Positions 27,515 to 35,741 of a DNA stretch of 64,000 nucleotides are shown in pieces; position 1 is the stretch's first letter, and every line of letters begins with the position of its first letter. The notes below the pieces were generated by a model, which saw only the letters and a program-made list of their open reading frames with translations, made no database searches and had not been told where the DNA came from. The stretch is from a virus: IMG/VR virus record IMGVR_UViG_3300036790_000366, positions 1 to 64,000 of that record. One strand, written 5' to 3'. Both the position numbers and the translations under genes were made by a program.

Positions 27515-27904
27515 TCACTCGAAAGTGATCGTCTGTACGAAGATGTTTCCGTACTGGTCCGGGTAAGTCTTCACGAGTCCGAGCCGTCTGGTCAGACCGG
27601 TGAGGTACGCGGGTTCCAGGACTTGTATCTGTTCTTCCGCGCGGATCGGATAGGCGTCCGTGCCACCGACCGGGATCGACAGCACGTAGGCGATGTACGG
27701 GAACTTGTCCGTGGAACTGGCTACGGTCCAGTCCGTTCCCTCGTTCGGTTGTATCAGGCAGTTGTACGTCCGGATCTCGGAGGGGTCTGTGGTGACGACC
27801 CTCTTCGAGTAGGCGTCGTGCCCGCCGGTGTAGGTGGAAACTTGTATCTGGTGGTGCGCGTCGATCAGGAATGCGGCTTGTGCGTTGATCAGTTCGCTGG
27901 CCAT
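27515..27904 (-). CDS. Head-to-tail stopper
   Basis: Position and size. Confidence 0.6.
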   Translation of the reverse strand: MASELINAQAAFLIDAHHQIQVSTYTGGHDAYSKRVVTTDPSEIRTYNCLIQPNEGTDWTVASSTDKFPYIAYVLSIPVGGTDAYPIRAEEQIQVLEPAYLTGLTRRLGLVKTYPDQYGNIFVQTITFE

Positions 27905-27911
27905 CAGCCGC

Positions 27912-28385
27912 TCACGGGTAGGTGTACAGCGGAGGGAGGTCGGCGGGCGGCCAGAAGACGGACGTCGCGGGGAAGTCGTCCATGCCCACCTTGAAGATGT
28001 GCTGCGGTCCGCCGTTCCCGCAGTTCGTGTCCTGGTACCCGTTCTGGTTCTGCGGGTAGAAAACCACCGACGCACCGGCCCAGCGCGACGCGGTCTGCAT
28101 GAGCGACTGCGCCAGCGCCTGATAGAAGGGGACCGCCTGACCGCGCTGGATATTCAGCGGGCCGATGCGGGTGTTCTGAATCTTCGCCCAGTAGGCAGCA
28201 ATGACCTGGCAGCACTCGGCGGCAGCGAGGAACACGTTCGACTGCTGCGACAGCGTCCAGTTTATTTCCTCGTCTGCGAGGCGGACGATGCCAGTCGTCA
28301 TGTCGGTGTCCTGGCACAGGAACCGGACCGCGTCCTTCAGAGAACTGTTCGGGTCGAAGGAGTACGTGTACGTGCCCGGCATCAT
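27912..28385 (-). CDS. Head-to-tail adaptor
   Basis: YSFDP...DAVRFL..DTD...L.DEEI motif. Confidence 0.75.
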   Translation of the reverse strand: MMPGTYTYSFDPNSSLKDAVRFLCQDTDMTTGIVRLADEEINWTLSQQSNVFLAAAECCQVIAAYWAKIQNTRIGPLNIQRGQAVPFYQALAQSLMQTASRWAGASVVFYPQNQNGYQDTNCGNGGPQHIFKVGMDDFPATSVFWPPADLPPLYTYP

Positions 28386-28394
28386 CCACCTCCT

Positions 28395-28805
28395 CTACGT
28401 GACTGGCTGGCTGCTCGGAAAAGCGGTGTAGTTCCTCGTTATCGCAACACCGCTCAGTGTCACCCCAGTGGCGTCCTGGTAGCACCCCGCCAGAAAAGAC
28501 TCAACAGCAGACTGGATGCCGGAAGAAAGACCTGAAACCAACGTGTCCAGCTGAGAGACGGTTGGGGTGTTGAAAACGTGGCCGTCACCGACTCCGGCAA
28601 TCTGAACAGAATCGGAGTCACCGAACACACCAGCCTGCGGGGCGTCCGACGTCTCAATGTTCGGAGCGATCTGGACATTCACAGAAAACCCGTTCGGGCT
28701 TCCGCCGTCTTCCGAGTCTACCGCTACAAAACTCAGCGTAACGTTGTAGTACAGGCCAGTGGTCAACAGACCAAGGCCGCTCTCGTTCTCAACTACAACG
28801 CTCAC
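28395..28805 (-). CDS. Hypothetical protein with lower-GC codon usage
   Basis: GTGA overlap; many T-ending codons. Confidence 0.55.
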   Translation of the reverse strand: MSVVVENESGLGLLTTGLYYNVTLSFVAVDSEDGGSPNGFSVNVQIAPNIETSDAPQAGVFGDSDSVQIAGVGDGHVFNTPTVSQLDTLVSGLSSGIQSAVESFLAGCYQDATGVTLSGVAITRNYTAFPSSQPVT

Positions 28806-29467
28806 GAGTTGGCCACTCCCATCAAGGGCAAGAACGCCATGGCAGACGTGCTCCCAGGGATGGCAATGGACGCCGGAAAACTTGTCTGAGTTCCGTTGGT
28901 GTAGCCCTGACTGATCGCTACGCCCTTGATGTTCAGGGTATTCGCCGTGATGGTAGCTGCGTAGCAGTTCGGTTCCGTGGTGAACGTCGCGATGAACGAC
29001 GCGTACAGATACCCCGGGGCGGAACTGACCGGAGCCGTCAGGGTTCCCTCGTAGTACTTCGAAGCACCGGAGGTGACCCACGCCGCGCCGGTGTCCGCGC
29101 CGGTGTCGGCCAGCTTCGTCATCGCAGCAGCACCCGGGACGTAGCTGTACACGGCCAGACCGGAATAGGTTCCCGGGGTTGCCAGCACGGCGGCGCCGAG
29201 GTGCAGGCCTACCTTGTTGATGGCGTTGTTGTTGTTCGCGTTCAGGTTGCACGGGTTCGACAAGCGAACAAGGTACTGCGTGCCGGAGACGAGCGCCTGC
29301 GTGATGGTGCTGACGTCCATCGGGTCGATGGACCAGCCGAGAAGTCCGAAGTCGCCCGGCAGCGGGCCCATCGGAATTGCTTCCGGGTTGTTCTGCACGA
29401 TCTTCCGGAACGGAGTCTGACCGCCGCCGGAGTTCACGTAGACATCGAAAGCTGACTGCTTGGGCAT
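28802..29467 (-). CDS. Putative virion structural (beta-rich) protein
   Basis: GGAGG RBS; head-region position. Confidence 0.65.
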   Translation of the reverse strand: MPKQSAFDVYVNSGGGQTPFRKIVQNNPEAIPMGPLPGDFGLLGWSIDPMDVSTITQALVSGTQYLVRLSNPCNLNANNNNAINKVGLHLGAAVLATPGTYSGLAVYSYVPGAAAMTKLADTGADTGAAWVTSGASKYYEGTLTAPVSSAPGYLYASFIATFTTEPNCYAATITANTLNIKGVAISQGYTNGTQTSFPASIAIPGSTSAMAFLPLMGVANS

Positions 29468-29686
29468 TTACGCCTCCGACTTGTCGAAGGTCAGCGTGAA
29501 GTGGTCGCCGTTGTTCCAGTCAGCCGCGACCTCGTCCAGCACCGTCATGCTCAGGCTCAGAGCAGGCGTGTACTTCGCCCACTCCTTGTTCTGGCCGTCG
29601 GCGTAGTCGGCGTTGAAGTCCAGCGTCGTCTGACCGTCGCTGGATTCCGACTTCCTCCACAAGAAAATCTTCGCGGTGGTGGCCAT
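29468..29686 (-). CDS. Hypothetical protein
   Basis: TAATG coupling; NKEWAKYTP motif. Confidence 0.7.
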   Translation of the reverse strand: MATTAKIFLWRKSESSDGQTTLDFNADYADGQNKEWAKYTPALSLSMTVLDEVAADWNNGDHFTLTFDKSEA

Positions 29687-30204
29687 TACGCTTCCACCTT
29701 CCCGCCGCCGCCGCCGGTCTCGATGGCCGCCGCTAGCTCGCCCTGGTACCCGGGCTGGAGCGCGTCCCACGTGGGGGACGGACGGGCGGCCGGGTCGAGC
29801 GCCACCCGCTCCGGGAAGGAGACGAGCTGCGTTTCGATCTGCTTGGCCAGCCAGGAATCCGGAACCGACGGGTCGGAAGTCGGCGTGTATTCCTTGTCAC
29901 CCGGCTTGAACGAGTAGCGCTGCTGGTCCCCGGAATGGGTGACTTCGTACACTTCCCACTCGGAGTTGCTCCGCGGGTAGGAGTCGTGCCGCGTGTGCAC
30001 CACGGAACCGTCCGGCATGACCACGTGCTGACCGGCGTCGTCGTTCACGACCACCGGACCGGTCGGTGCTTCCGCCTCCGGGTCCTCTTCCTCGTCCTCC
30101 GCGGGGGCTTCCGGCGCCTCCGCCCCCTCTTCGGTGGTCTCGGTCTCCGGCTCTTCCTCCGGGGCCTCTACGGGCTCCTGCGGGGCTTCGGTCGTGTCGG
30201 TCAT
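29686..30204 (-). CDS. Acidic hypothetical protein
   Basis: Codon bias. Confidence 0.7.
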   Translation of the reverse strand: MTDTTEAPQEPVEAPEEEPETETTEEGAEAPEAPAEDEEEDPEAEAPTGPVVVNDDAGQHVVMPDGSVVHTRHDSYPRSNSEWEVYEVTHSGDQQRYSFKPGDKEYTPTSDPSVPDSWLAKQIETQLVSFPERVALDPAARPSPTWDALQPGYQGELAAAIETGGGGGKVEA

Positions 30205-30207
30205 GGC

Positions 30208-30813
30208 CTATCCCTTCTTCCTCAGAACCTTCGTCGGAGCCTTGCGGTTCTCTCCGACGTTCGGGAGGTTCGTGGTGTTGCGGACGGTGGGGAGCGCGGC
30301 GGGGCGCGGCATCCCGGTGTGCTTGGACTTCACGCCGCCGAGGTCGATCTTCTCCACGATGGTCTTCTCACCGGTGGGGTCGAATTCCTCCGTGGGCTTG
30401 GCGGCAGGGGCCTGAGCCTTCCCCTGCTTGGCCAGAAGTTCGGCACGGCGTGCGTCCAGCTCTGCGATTTCCTCGGCGATGGTCTGCGCGGCGAACTTCT
30501 CCGCGTCCTGCGCGGCAACCCGCTCCGCGTACTCCGCCAACCACCGGTCGAGCTCCGACTGATTGATGTAGACGGGTTCGAGCAGCTGCTGACGCAGGTA
30601 CATGCCGATGTTCTTCCACGACTGCGCCTCGGGAACGTAGTCCCCGAAGACCCGGTCGTGCGCGCCGACGCCGTCCCCGTCGGCCACCAGGAGCTTGGTC
30701 AGCGCCTTGTAGCACTTGATGGTGGGGTCGTTGCTCGGGACGGCACGGGGCTTCGCCGGTCGAACTGCGGCCGCCCCGGGCTTCCGCGGCTTCTTCAAAG
30801 TCTTCTCGGTCAT
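30208..30813 (-). CDS. Hypothetical protein downstream of capsid gene
   Basis: Codon bias. Confidence 0.7.
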   Translation of the reverse strand: MTEKTLKKPRKPGAAAVRPAKPRAVPSNDPTIKCYKALTKLLVADGDGVGAHDRVFGDYVPEAQSWKNIGMYLRQQLLEPVYINQSELDRWLAEYAERVAAQDAEKFAAQTIAEEIAELDARRAELLAKQGKAQAPAAKPTEEFDPTGEKTIVEKIDLGGVKSKHTGMPRPAALPTVRNTTNLPNVGENRKAPTKVLRKKG

Positions 30814-30825
30814 GTTCTTCGGTCC

Positions 30826-31851
30826 TTACGAAACCGGGTTGGCGACGCAGCCGGAAAGGAACGTTCCCAGTTCCGGAGCCGTCAGCTGGCAGACGTACGA
30901 GGCCTCGATCTCGATGCGGTCCGAGGCGATGTGCTCCATGCGGTACTTCTTGATGCGCCCGCCCCACGCGGAGGCACCGAGGTAGCCATTCCACGCGAAG
31001 GTGTAGCCCGCGGACGGGGTGTTCCGGGAGGGACGCGGGGCCGAGTAGATGAGCAGGATTCCGTTGGAGTCCGCCGCGTTGCTCGCACCGGTGATCCACT
31101 GCGTGGTCGGCGCGGTGTCCGCAACGATTTCTTCGTCCTGGTTCGTGGCCTGGACGGCGGACGCCACGAGAACCTGGTCGATGCCCACGGCACGCGCGAT
31201 CAGCTGCTCCGTGATGAAGCCCGCCTGCGTGTACTTGATGCGCTCGATGATTTCCGGGTGGTCCAACAGCGCGTTGTACGCGTTCGCGGAGAAGACCGCG
31301 ATGTTCGGCATCATGCCGGTGCGCCGCTTGAAACGCAGCATCGCAGCGCGGAACACCTCGATCGGCTGCGAACCCGCCAGGTCGAACTGCGTGAACTGCG
31401 TGGAACTCGGCGAAGTGCTCGCCACGCCGGTGAGGGTTTCTCCCCAGACGCTCGAAGCGAAGTAGGAACTCACCCACTGGAGGTCGCGCCGGATGAGCAG
31501 CTGCTGCGTGATGAGTTCCGTGCCCGCGGTGTCGAACTGAAAATTTGCGTCCGCGTTGGAACGCAGCTGGTCTTCCACGTCGTAGTGCAGGCCCCACACC
31601 TGAGTGGTGTAGGTGTTCTTCGTGAACGTCCAGTCCACACCCGGGGTTTCAGTACCCGGCGCGCGGAGCGCAGCCTGAGACTGAAGGTAGCTCCTACGGC
31701 CGAAGCGGTAGTAGAAGTCGGAGATGTGGTCCACCGGAACGACGGGGAAGACCTTGTCCGCGATGAAGTCCTTGCTCTGCTGCGCGTAGGCAATCATCAC
31801 CTGCGTCAGCGGGACCATCACGTGGACGTCGGACGGGCTGATGTTCGGCAC
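30826..31851 (-). CDS. Major capsid protein
   Basis: 341 aa; VH...LT....AY.Q....FIADKVFPVVPV, HPEIIERIKYT. Confidence 0.85.
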   Translation of the reverse strand: MPNISPSDVHVMVPLTQVMIAYAQQSKDFIADKVFPVVPVDHISDFYYRFGRRSYLQSQAALRAPGTETPGVDWTFTKNTYTTQVWGLHYDVEDQLRSNADANFQFDTAGTELITQQLLIRRDLQWVSSYFASSVWGETLTGVASTSPSSTQFTQFDLAGSQPIEVFRAAMLRFKRRTGMMPNIAVFSANAYNALLDHPEIIERIKYTQAGFITEQLIARAVGIDQVLVASAVQATNQDEEIVADTAPTTQWITGASNAADSNGILLIYSAPRPSRNTPSAGYTFAWNGYLGASAWGGRIKKYRMEHIASDRIEIEASYVCQLTAPELGTFLSGCVANPVS

Positions 31852-31882
31852 TAGTTCACCCTCTCTGTTTTCTCGTGGCCGT

Positions 31883-32317
31883 TTAGATAACCGCGCCGAA
31901 AGGCTTCAGGCACACGGCGATCATGAAGCCCGTCGCGTTGGCCGAAGCCTCTTCGGCGATACCGATGCAGCCCGCGGAGGAGGTCTGCGTGTGGGTGACC
32001 ATGCCGAAAGCGTCCAGGTACAGCTTCGTACCGACCACGATCGAGGCGTCGGAGGAACGCACCCGGCTGACGCCGGAGAGCATCACCGTGGCCGCCTGCG
32101 TGGGCGGTGTCTTGGACTGAATGATGCCCACCGCGTTGTCCGTGGCGGCCGTCACCGGGACCAGCAGACCGGCCGAGAACTTCACGAACATGTACTGGTA
32201 CCCGTTCGGGCACGAGATGCCGTTGACCGTGCACGCGACGGACAGGTCCGAGTTCGCGGAACCGGCCGTGCCGCCCGCGATCCAGCTGCGCTGGAAGCCC
32301 TGGATTTCGAGAGCCAT
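31883..32317 (-). CDS. Capsid decoration/cement protein (DUF2190-like)
   Basis: Small Gly/Ala-rich gene immediately upstream of capsid gene. Confidence 0.65.
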   Translation of the reverse strand: MALEIQGFQRSWIAGGTAGSANSDLSVACTVNGISCPNGYQYMFVKFSAGLLVPVTAATDNAVGIIQSKTPPTQAATVMLSGVSRVRSSDASIVVGTKLYLDAFGMVTHTQTSSAGCIGIAEEASANATGFMIAVCLKPFGAVI

Positions 32318-32353
32318 TTTCTTCCTTCCTACTTCTCGGAGTTTCCAGGGCCT

Positions 32354-34252
32354 TTAGAGGTGCTTGGCTTCCTGGTAGAACTCGCCCGGGTGCTCCTTCA
32401 TGTAGTCCACCACGAGCTGTTCCTTGGTGGGGCCGTCCGCGCCGGACTTCGCCACGATGGACTCGGCAGCCGCGTAGGCCTGCGTCATCTTGGCCTGCAT
32501 GTCGTCCCCGCCGAGGACCGCTCCGCCGGTCATCCCGTGCTGCTTGAGAACGGTGGAGTCCGACACGATGTTCGCCGAGGCCTGAAGCATCTGCTCCAGT
32601 TCCGCGCCCATCTCCGGGTCGGTCTCGTAGGCGGTGCGCAGCTGCTTGGCGACCTTCGCCTCGTCGTAGCCGGGAATCCCCTTGAGGTTCCGCGCCTTCC
32701 CGATGTACGTGGCGACCTGCTTCTCTTCCAGAAGCTCGTCCAGCCGCGCGAACTTCGCCTTGGTCAGCGCATCCGGCTCGTTCTCGCCCTGGCCGCCGAC
32801 GTTCTTGTACAGCTTCTTCTTGCCCACGACGGTTTCCACCTTCTCATTCTTGTTGGCACGGGTGGAGGTCTTCAGCCTCCCCATGGAGTTCGTCGCCACC
32901 GAATCCATCTTGTCCGCGTCCTCGCCCTCGGACGCCTCGTCGGACATCTCGGAGGCCGGGGAGGCCTTGGCGAGAAGTTCGTACACCTCGGATGCGACGG
33001 ACTCCACCTGAGCGTCCAGCGTTGTGGACTTCGTGATGGAGGAACCGGCGAACCATTCCTGCGCGCCAGCGTTCAGCACGTCCAGGAAGTCTTCTACCAC
33101 CGCCGGGTACAGGTCCGGACGGTTCTTCTCGTGGATGGCCGCGAGGTTCTTCGCCAGCCGCACGGACAGGTTCGCCGCCTCCACGGCCACGAGGGCCTTC
33201 TGCACGTCCTCGGCACTCATGCCCTTGGACTTGTCCAGCGGGTTGTTCGGAGGCGCCACAGCGGTCCTCTGCCGGGTCGTGTGCTTGCTGTGACCCGTGC
33301 CGGTTCCGTTCCGCTTCACCCCCGGCTTGCTATAGATGCCGTCGGAGGTCCCGTGGTCCATGATGTCCAGACCTTCGGAGTTGGTCTTCTTCTTCCGCGC
33401 CTTGCCGATCCGGAGCGCGCGGTTCGCATCGGACATCGTGGATTCCAGCCGTGTCTGCGCCGGGACGGTGGGCTGCGAGTTCTCGCGGTAGAGCTGCGCC
33501 GCGTTCTCGGTCACCGTCTGGCTGCCGCCGTCGGTCAGGTCGTAGGAGTCGAGGCCGGGATTCTTCTTGGCCAGCTTCTTCTTCTTGCCCAGCGGGGCAC
33601 GCGACTTGTGCGTGGCCATGGTGGAGTCGGAAGCGTTCGTCGCGGTGTTCTGGAAGCCGCCGCCCTTGTTCGGACGGGTTCCGGTGGGCTTGGTCTCGGC
33701 GAGCGCCTCGATGTCCGAGTCGTCGTCTTCGCCCTCCTTCTCGGATTCCAGGGCCTCGTTGTCCACCGTGTCCACGGACTCGCCGGTGGCCTTCCCGATT
33801 TCCTCGTCGAACCAACCGTCGTTGCTCTTGCTCATCGAAGACCTCTCAACAGAATCCCCCAGCGCTTCGCCGTTCTCCCCGTTGTCCTGGTCGTACTGCT
33901 CGTCCTCGAACGTGTAGCCGCTGGCGTTCGAAGTCGAGTTCGTTGCGTCGTCGTTCTTCGGGGGCTTCTTCGGGTTCGTCACCGTCTTCGTGACCAGGAC
34001 CCTGGTCTTGGCCAGATCGGTGGAACCGCAGCGCTTGCACTTGCTGGCACCCTTGGCGTTCATCATGCCGCAGTGGTTGCACTTGATCTGGCCCATGGCC
34101 TTGCGCACGGTGAACGTCTGGGGAGAGTTCCTGCGCAGCCCCTTGTTCTTGGCCAGAAGAATGTCGGCGTGCTCGTTGGCGCCGTCGCCCACCAGGTCCA
34201 CCCGGTTGTACTTCATTCCGGTGAGCGCCTGCCGCTTTCGTACCTGCGTCAC
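32354..34252 (-). CDS. Scaffolding-like protein with N-terminal VDLV..GAN motif and Zn ribbon
   Basis: Between protease and decoration/capsid genes; helical C-terminus. Confidence 0.65.
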   Translation of the reverse strand: MTQVRKRQALTGMKYNRVDLVGDGANEHADILLAKNKGLRRNSPQTFTVRKAMGQIKCNHCGMMNAKGASKCKRCGSTDLAKTRVLVTKTVTNPKKPPKNDDATNSTSNASGYTFEDEQYDQDNGENGEALGDSVERSSMSKSNDGWFDEEIGKATGESVDTVDNEALESEKEGEDDDSDIEALAETKPTGTRPNKGGGFQNTATNASDSTMATHKSRAPLGKKKKLAKKNPGLDSYDLTDGGSQTVTENAAQLYRENSQPTVPAQTRLESTMSDANRALRIGKARKKKTNSEGLDIMDHGTSDGIYSKPGVKRNGTGTGHSKHTTRQRTAVAPPNNPLDKSKGMSAEDVQKALVAVEAANLSVRLAKNLAAIHEKNRPDLYPAVVEDFLDVLNAGAQEWFAGSSITKSTTLDAQVESVASEVYELLAKASPASEMSDEASEGEDADKMDSVATNSMGRLKTSTRANKNEKVETVVGKKKLYKNVGGQGENEPDALTKAKFARLDELLEEKQVATYIGKARNLKGIPGYDEAKVAKQLRTAYETDPEMGAELEQMLQASANIVSDSTVLKQHGMTGGAVLGGDDMQAKMTQAYAAAESIVAKSGADGPTKEQLVVDYMKEHPGEFYQEAKHL

Positions 34253-34764
34253 AGCGGGATCCTCCTCCCTGTTCCCTGGACCGAGAACATCTTGTACTTG
34301 CCTTTCTTCACACCGTCCCACGCCATCGGGTCGTCGATGTGGAAGCCGGTCCACCACGCGATGGGGAGAACCCCCGAGGGGATTCCCATGGCTTTCCACT
34401 TCTCCGGGGTGGACACGAAGCTCTCGATGAGAGTCCCCTTGCCGCCCTTGCCGATGTGCTCGGTTCCCTGGTCGCGCCCGTTGAGGGTGAAGTCGTAGGC
34501 CGCGTCCTCGATGTCCTCGACACTTTTGAGGACGTCGCCCTGCCAGTCGGTGTACTCGCGGTACCGCCCGTTGTCCGGAAGATATCCGACGGAAGCCCAT
34601 CCGAAGACGTTCTGCTTCTCGACGTTGAACTTCTGGATCCGGTGGACGGTACGGAAAGAAAAATCGTCCCGCCCCTTTAGAACTCGTCCCTCCATGCTCG
34701 GAATTTTCACTCCGACACTTTCGGAAAAGTTCCAGAACTCCTCGTCCGTGATTGTAAGGCCCAT
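34249..34764 (-). CDS. XkdF-like capsid maturation protease
   Basis: VFGWA, D.QGD, IEDAAYDF, LIESF, WW.GF, VKKG..KMFS..G. Confidence 0.8.
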   Translation of the reverse strand: MGLTITDEEFWNFSESVGVKIPSMEGRVLKGRDDFSFRTVHRIQKFNVEKQNVFGWASVGYLPDNGRYREYTDWQGDVLKSVEDIEDAAYDFTLNGRDQGTEHIGKGGKGTLIESFVSTPEKWKAMGIPSGVLPIAWWTGFHIDDPMAWDGVKKGKYKMFSVQGTGRRIPL

Positions 34765-34768
34765 GTTT

Positions 34769-35260
34769 TTACTCCGTCAAACCGGAGAAGCAGGAAACCG
34801 CGGACTCGAAAAGTTCCGCAGACTTGTCCACGGAAGTCTTTTGCGCCAGCGGGTTCTTCACGCCCATCGCCCTGGCCCGCCTTCCGATCAGGCGCTTTGC
34901 CGCACCGACGTCCCCGTGGCCGGAACGCGCAAGGGTCGCCGCGTTCTTCAGATCCTCCGGGTCCTGGATCGGATACGAGTTGTTGGGGAGCGCCTTGCCC
35001 TGCGCCGCCAGGGACCGGCGGTTCTTCGCCGAGTGGAACTTCTTCTGGATTTTCATCTTGTTCACCCAATCGGGACTGTACTCGATCTGCTTCACCTTGC
35101 GCTTATGGTTCTTGTTCCGCGCCTTGCGCTCGTCGTCCATCGCGGTGGAGAACTTCTTCTGCTTCTTCCGCGGAGGCGCCATACCGGCGCCGTCCGTCTC
35201 GCTGTTCACCTCAGCGAGGACGTGAACGTCCGACGGGGTCAGGTTCGGCAAGGGAGTCAC
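34769..35260 (-). CDS. Basic head-region protein (DUF6582-like)
   Basis: GKALP..SYPI...DLKNA......AK..I.RRARA.G. Confidence 0.6.
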   Translation of the reverse strand: MTPLPNLTPSDVHVLAEVNSETDGAGMAPPRKKQKKFSTAMDDERKARNKNHKRKVKQIEYSPDWVNKMKIQKKFHSAKNRRSLAAQGKALPNNSYPIQDPEDLKNAATLARSGHGDVGAAKRLIGRRARAMGVKNPLAQKTSVDKSAELFESAVSCFSGLTE

Positions 35261-35741
35261 CCCGCTCCGCGTTCTTGAACCGGGCGAGAGCCAGTTCTAT
35301 GGCCTTGTCCGTCCACGCGTTGGCCAGCAGGTTCCACCGCGTGGTGAGCAGCGACTTCCGGCGTACCTGCACTGCACTGGACCCGGGATTGTCGCGCGCG
35401 TACTGGATCATCACCCGGGACATCTCCGCGCTCAGCCCCAGGGTGAGGCCGCGGATTTTCTTGGCCTCCTCCTGAGAGAAAGTCAGAAGTACCTGGTCGT
35501 TCGTGCGCTTGGCCAGCAGATCCTGCTGCGCCTGCACGACCTGCTCCAGGATCTCCTTGCCCATGTTCCTGTCCTGGAGCAGAAACGTGGACCCCAGGAA
35601 ATAGGCCACGTTCGCGTATACCTCGTAGAAGCCCAGCTGGATCGGGCCCATGTCCAGGCTCGGGAAGTTCCGGCAGCCGCGTGTCGTGGCCAGCCGCATC
35701 TTCGACTTCGCGTCGCCTTCTAGTTCCGGTGTCAGGTTCAC
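35211..35741 (-). CDS. Hypothetical head-region protein
   Basis: GTGA overlap with portal stop. Confidence 0.6.
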   Translation of the reverse strand: MNLTPELEGDAKSKMRLATTRGCRNFPSLDMGPIQLGFYEVYANVAYFLGSTFLLQDRNMGKEILEQVVQAQQDLLAKRTNDQVLLTFSQEEAKKIRGLTLGLSAEMSRVMIQYARDNPGSSAVQVRRKSLLTTRWNLLANAWTDKAIELALARFKNAERGDSLAEPDPVGRSRPR

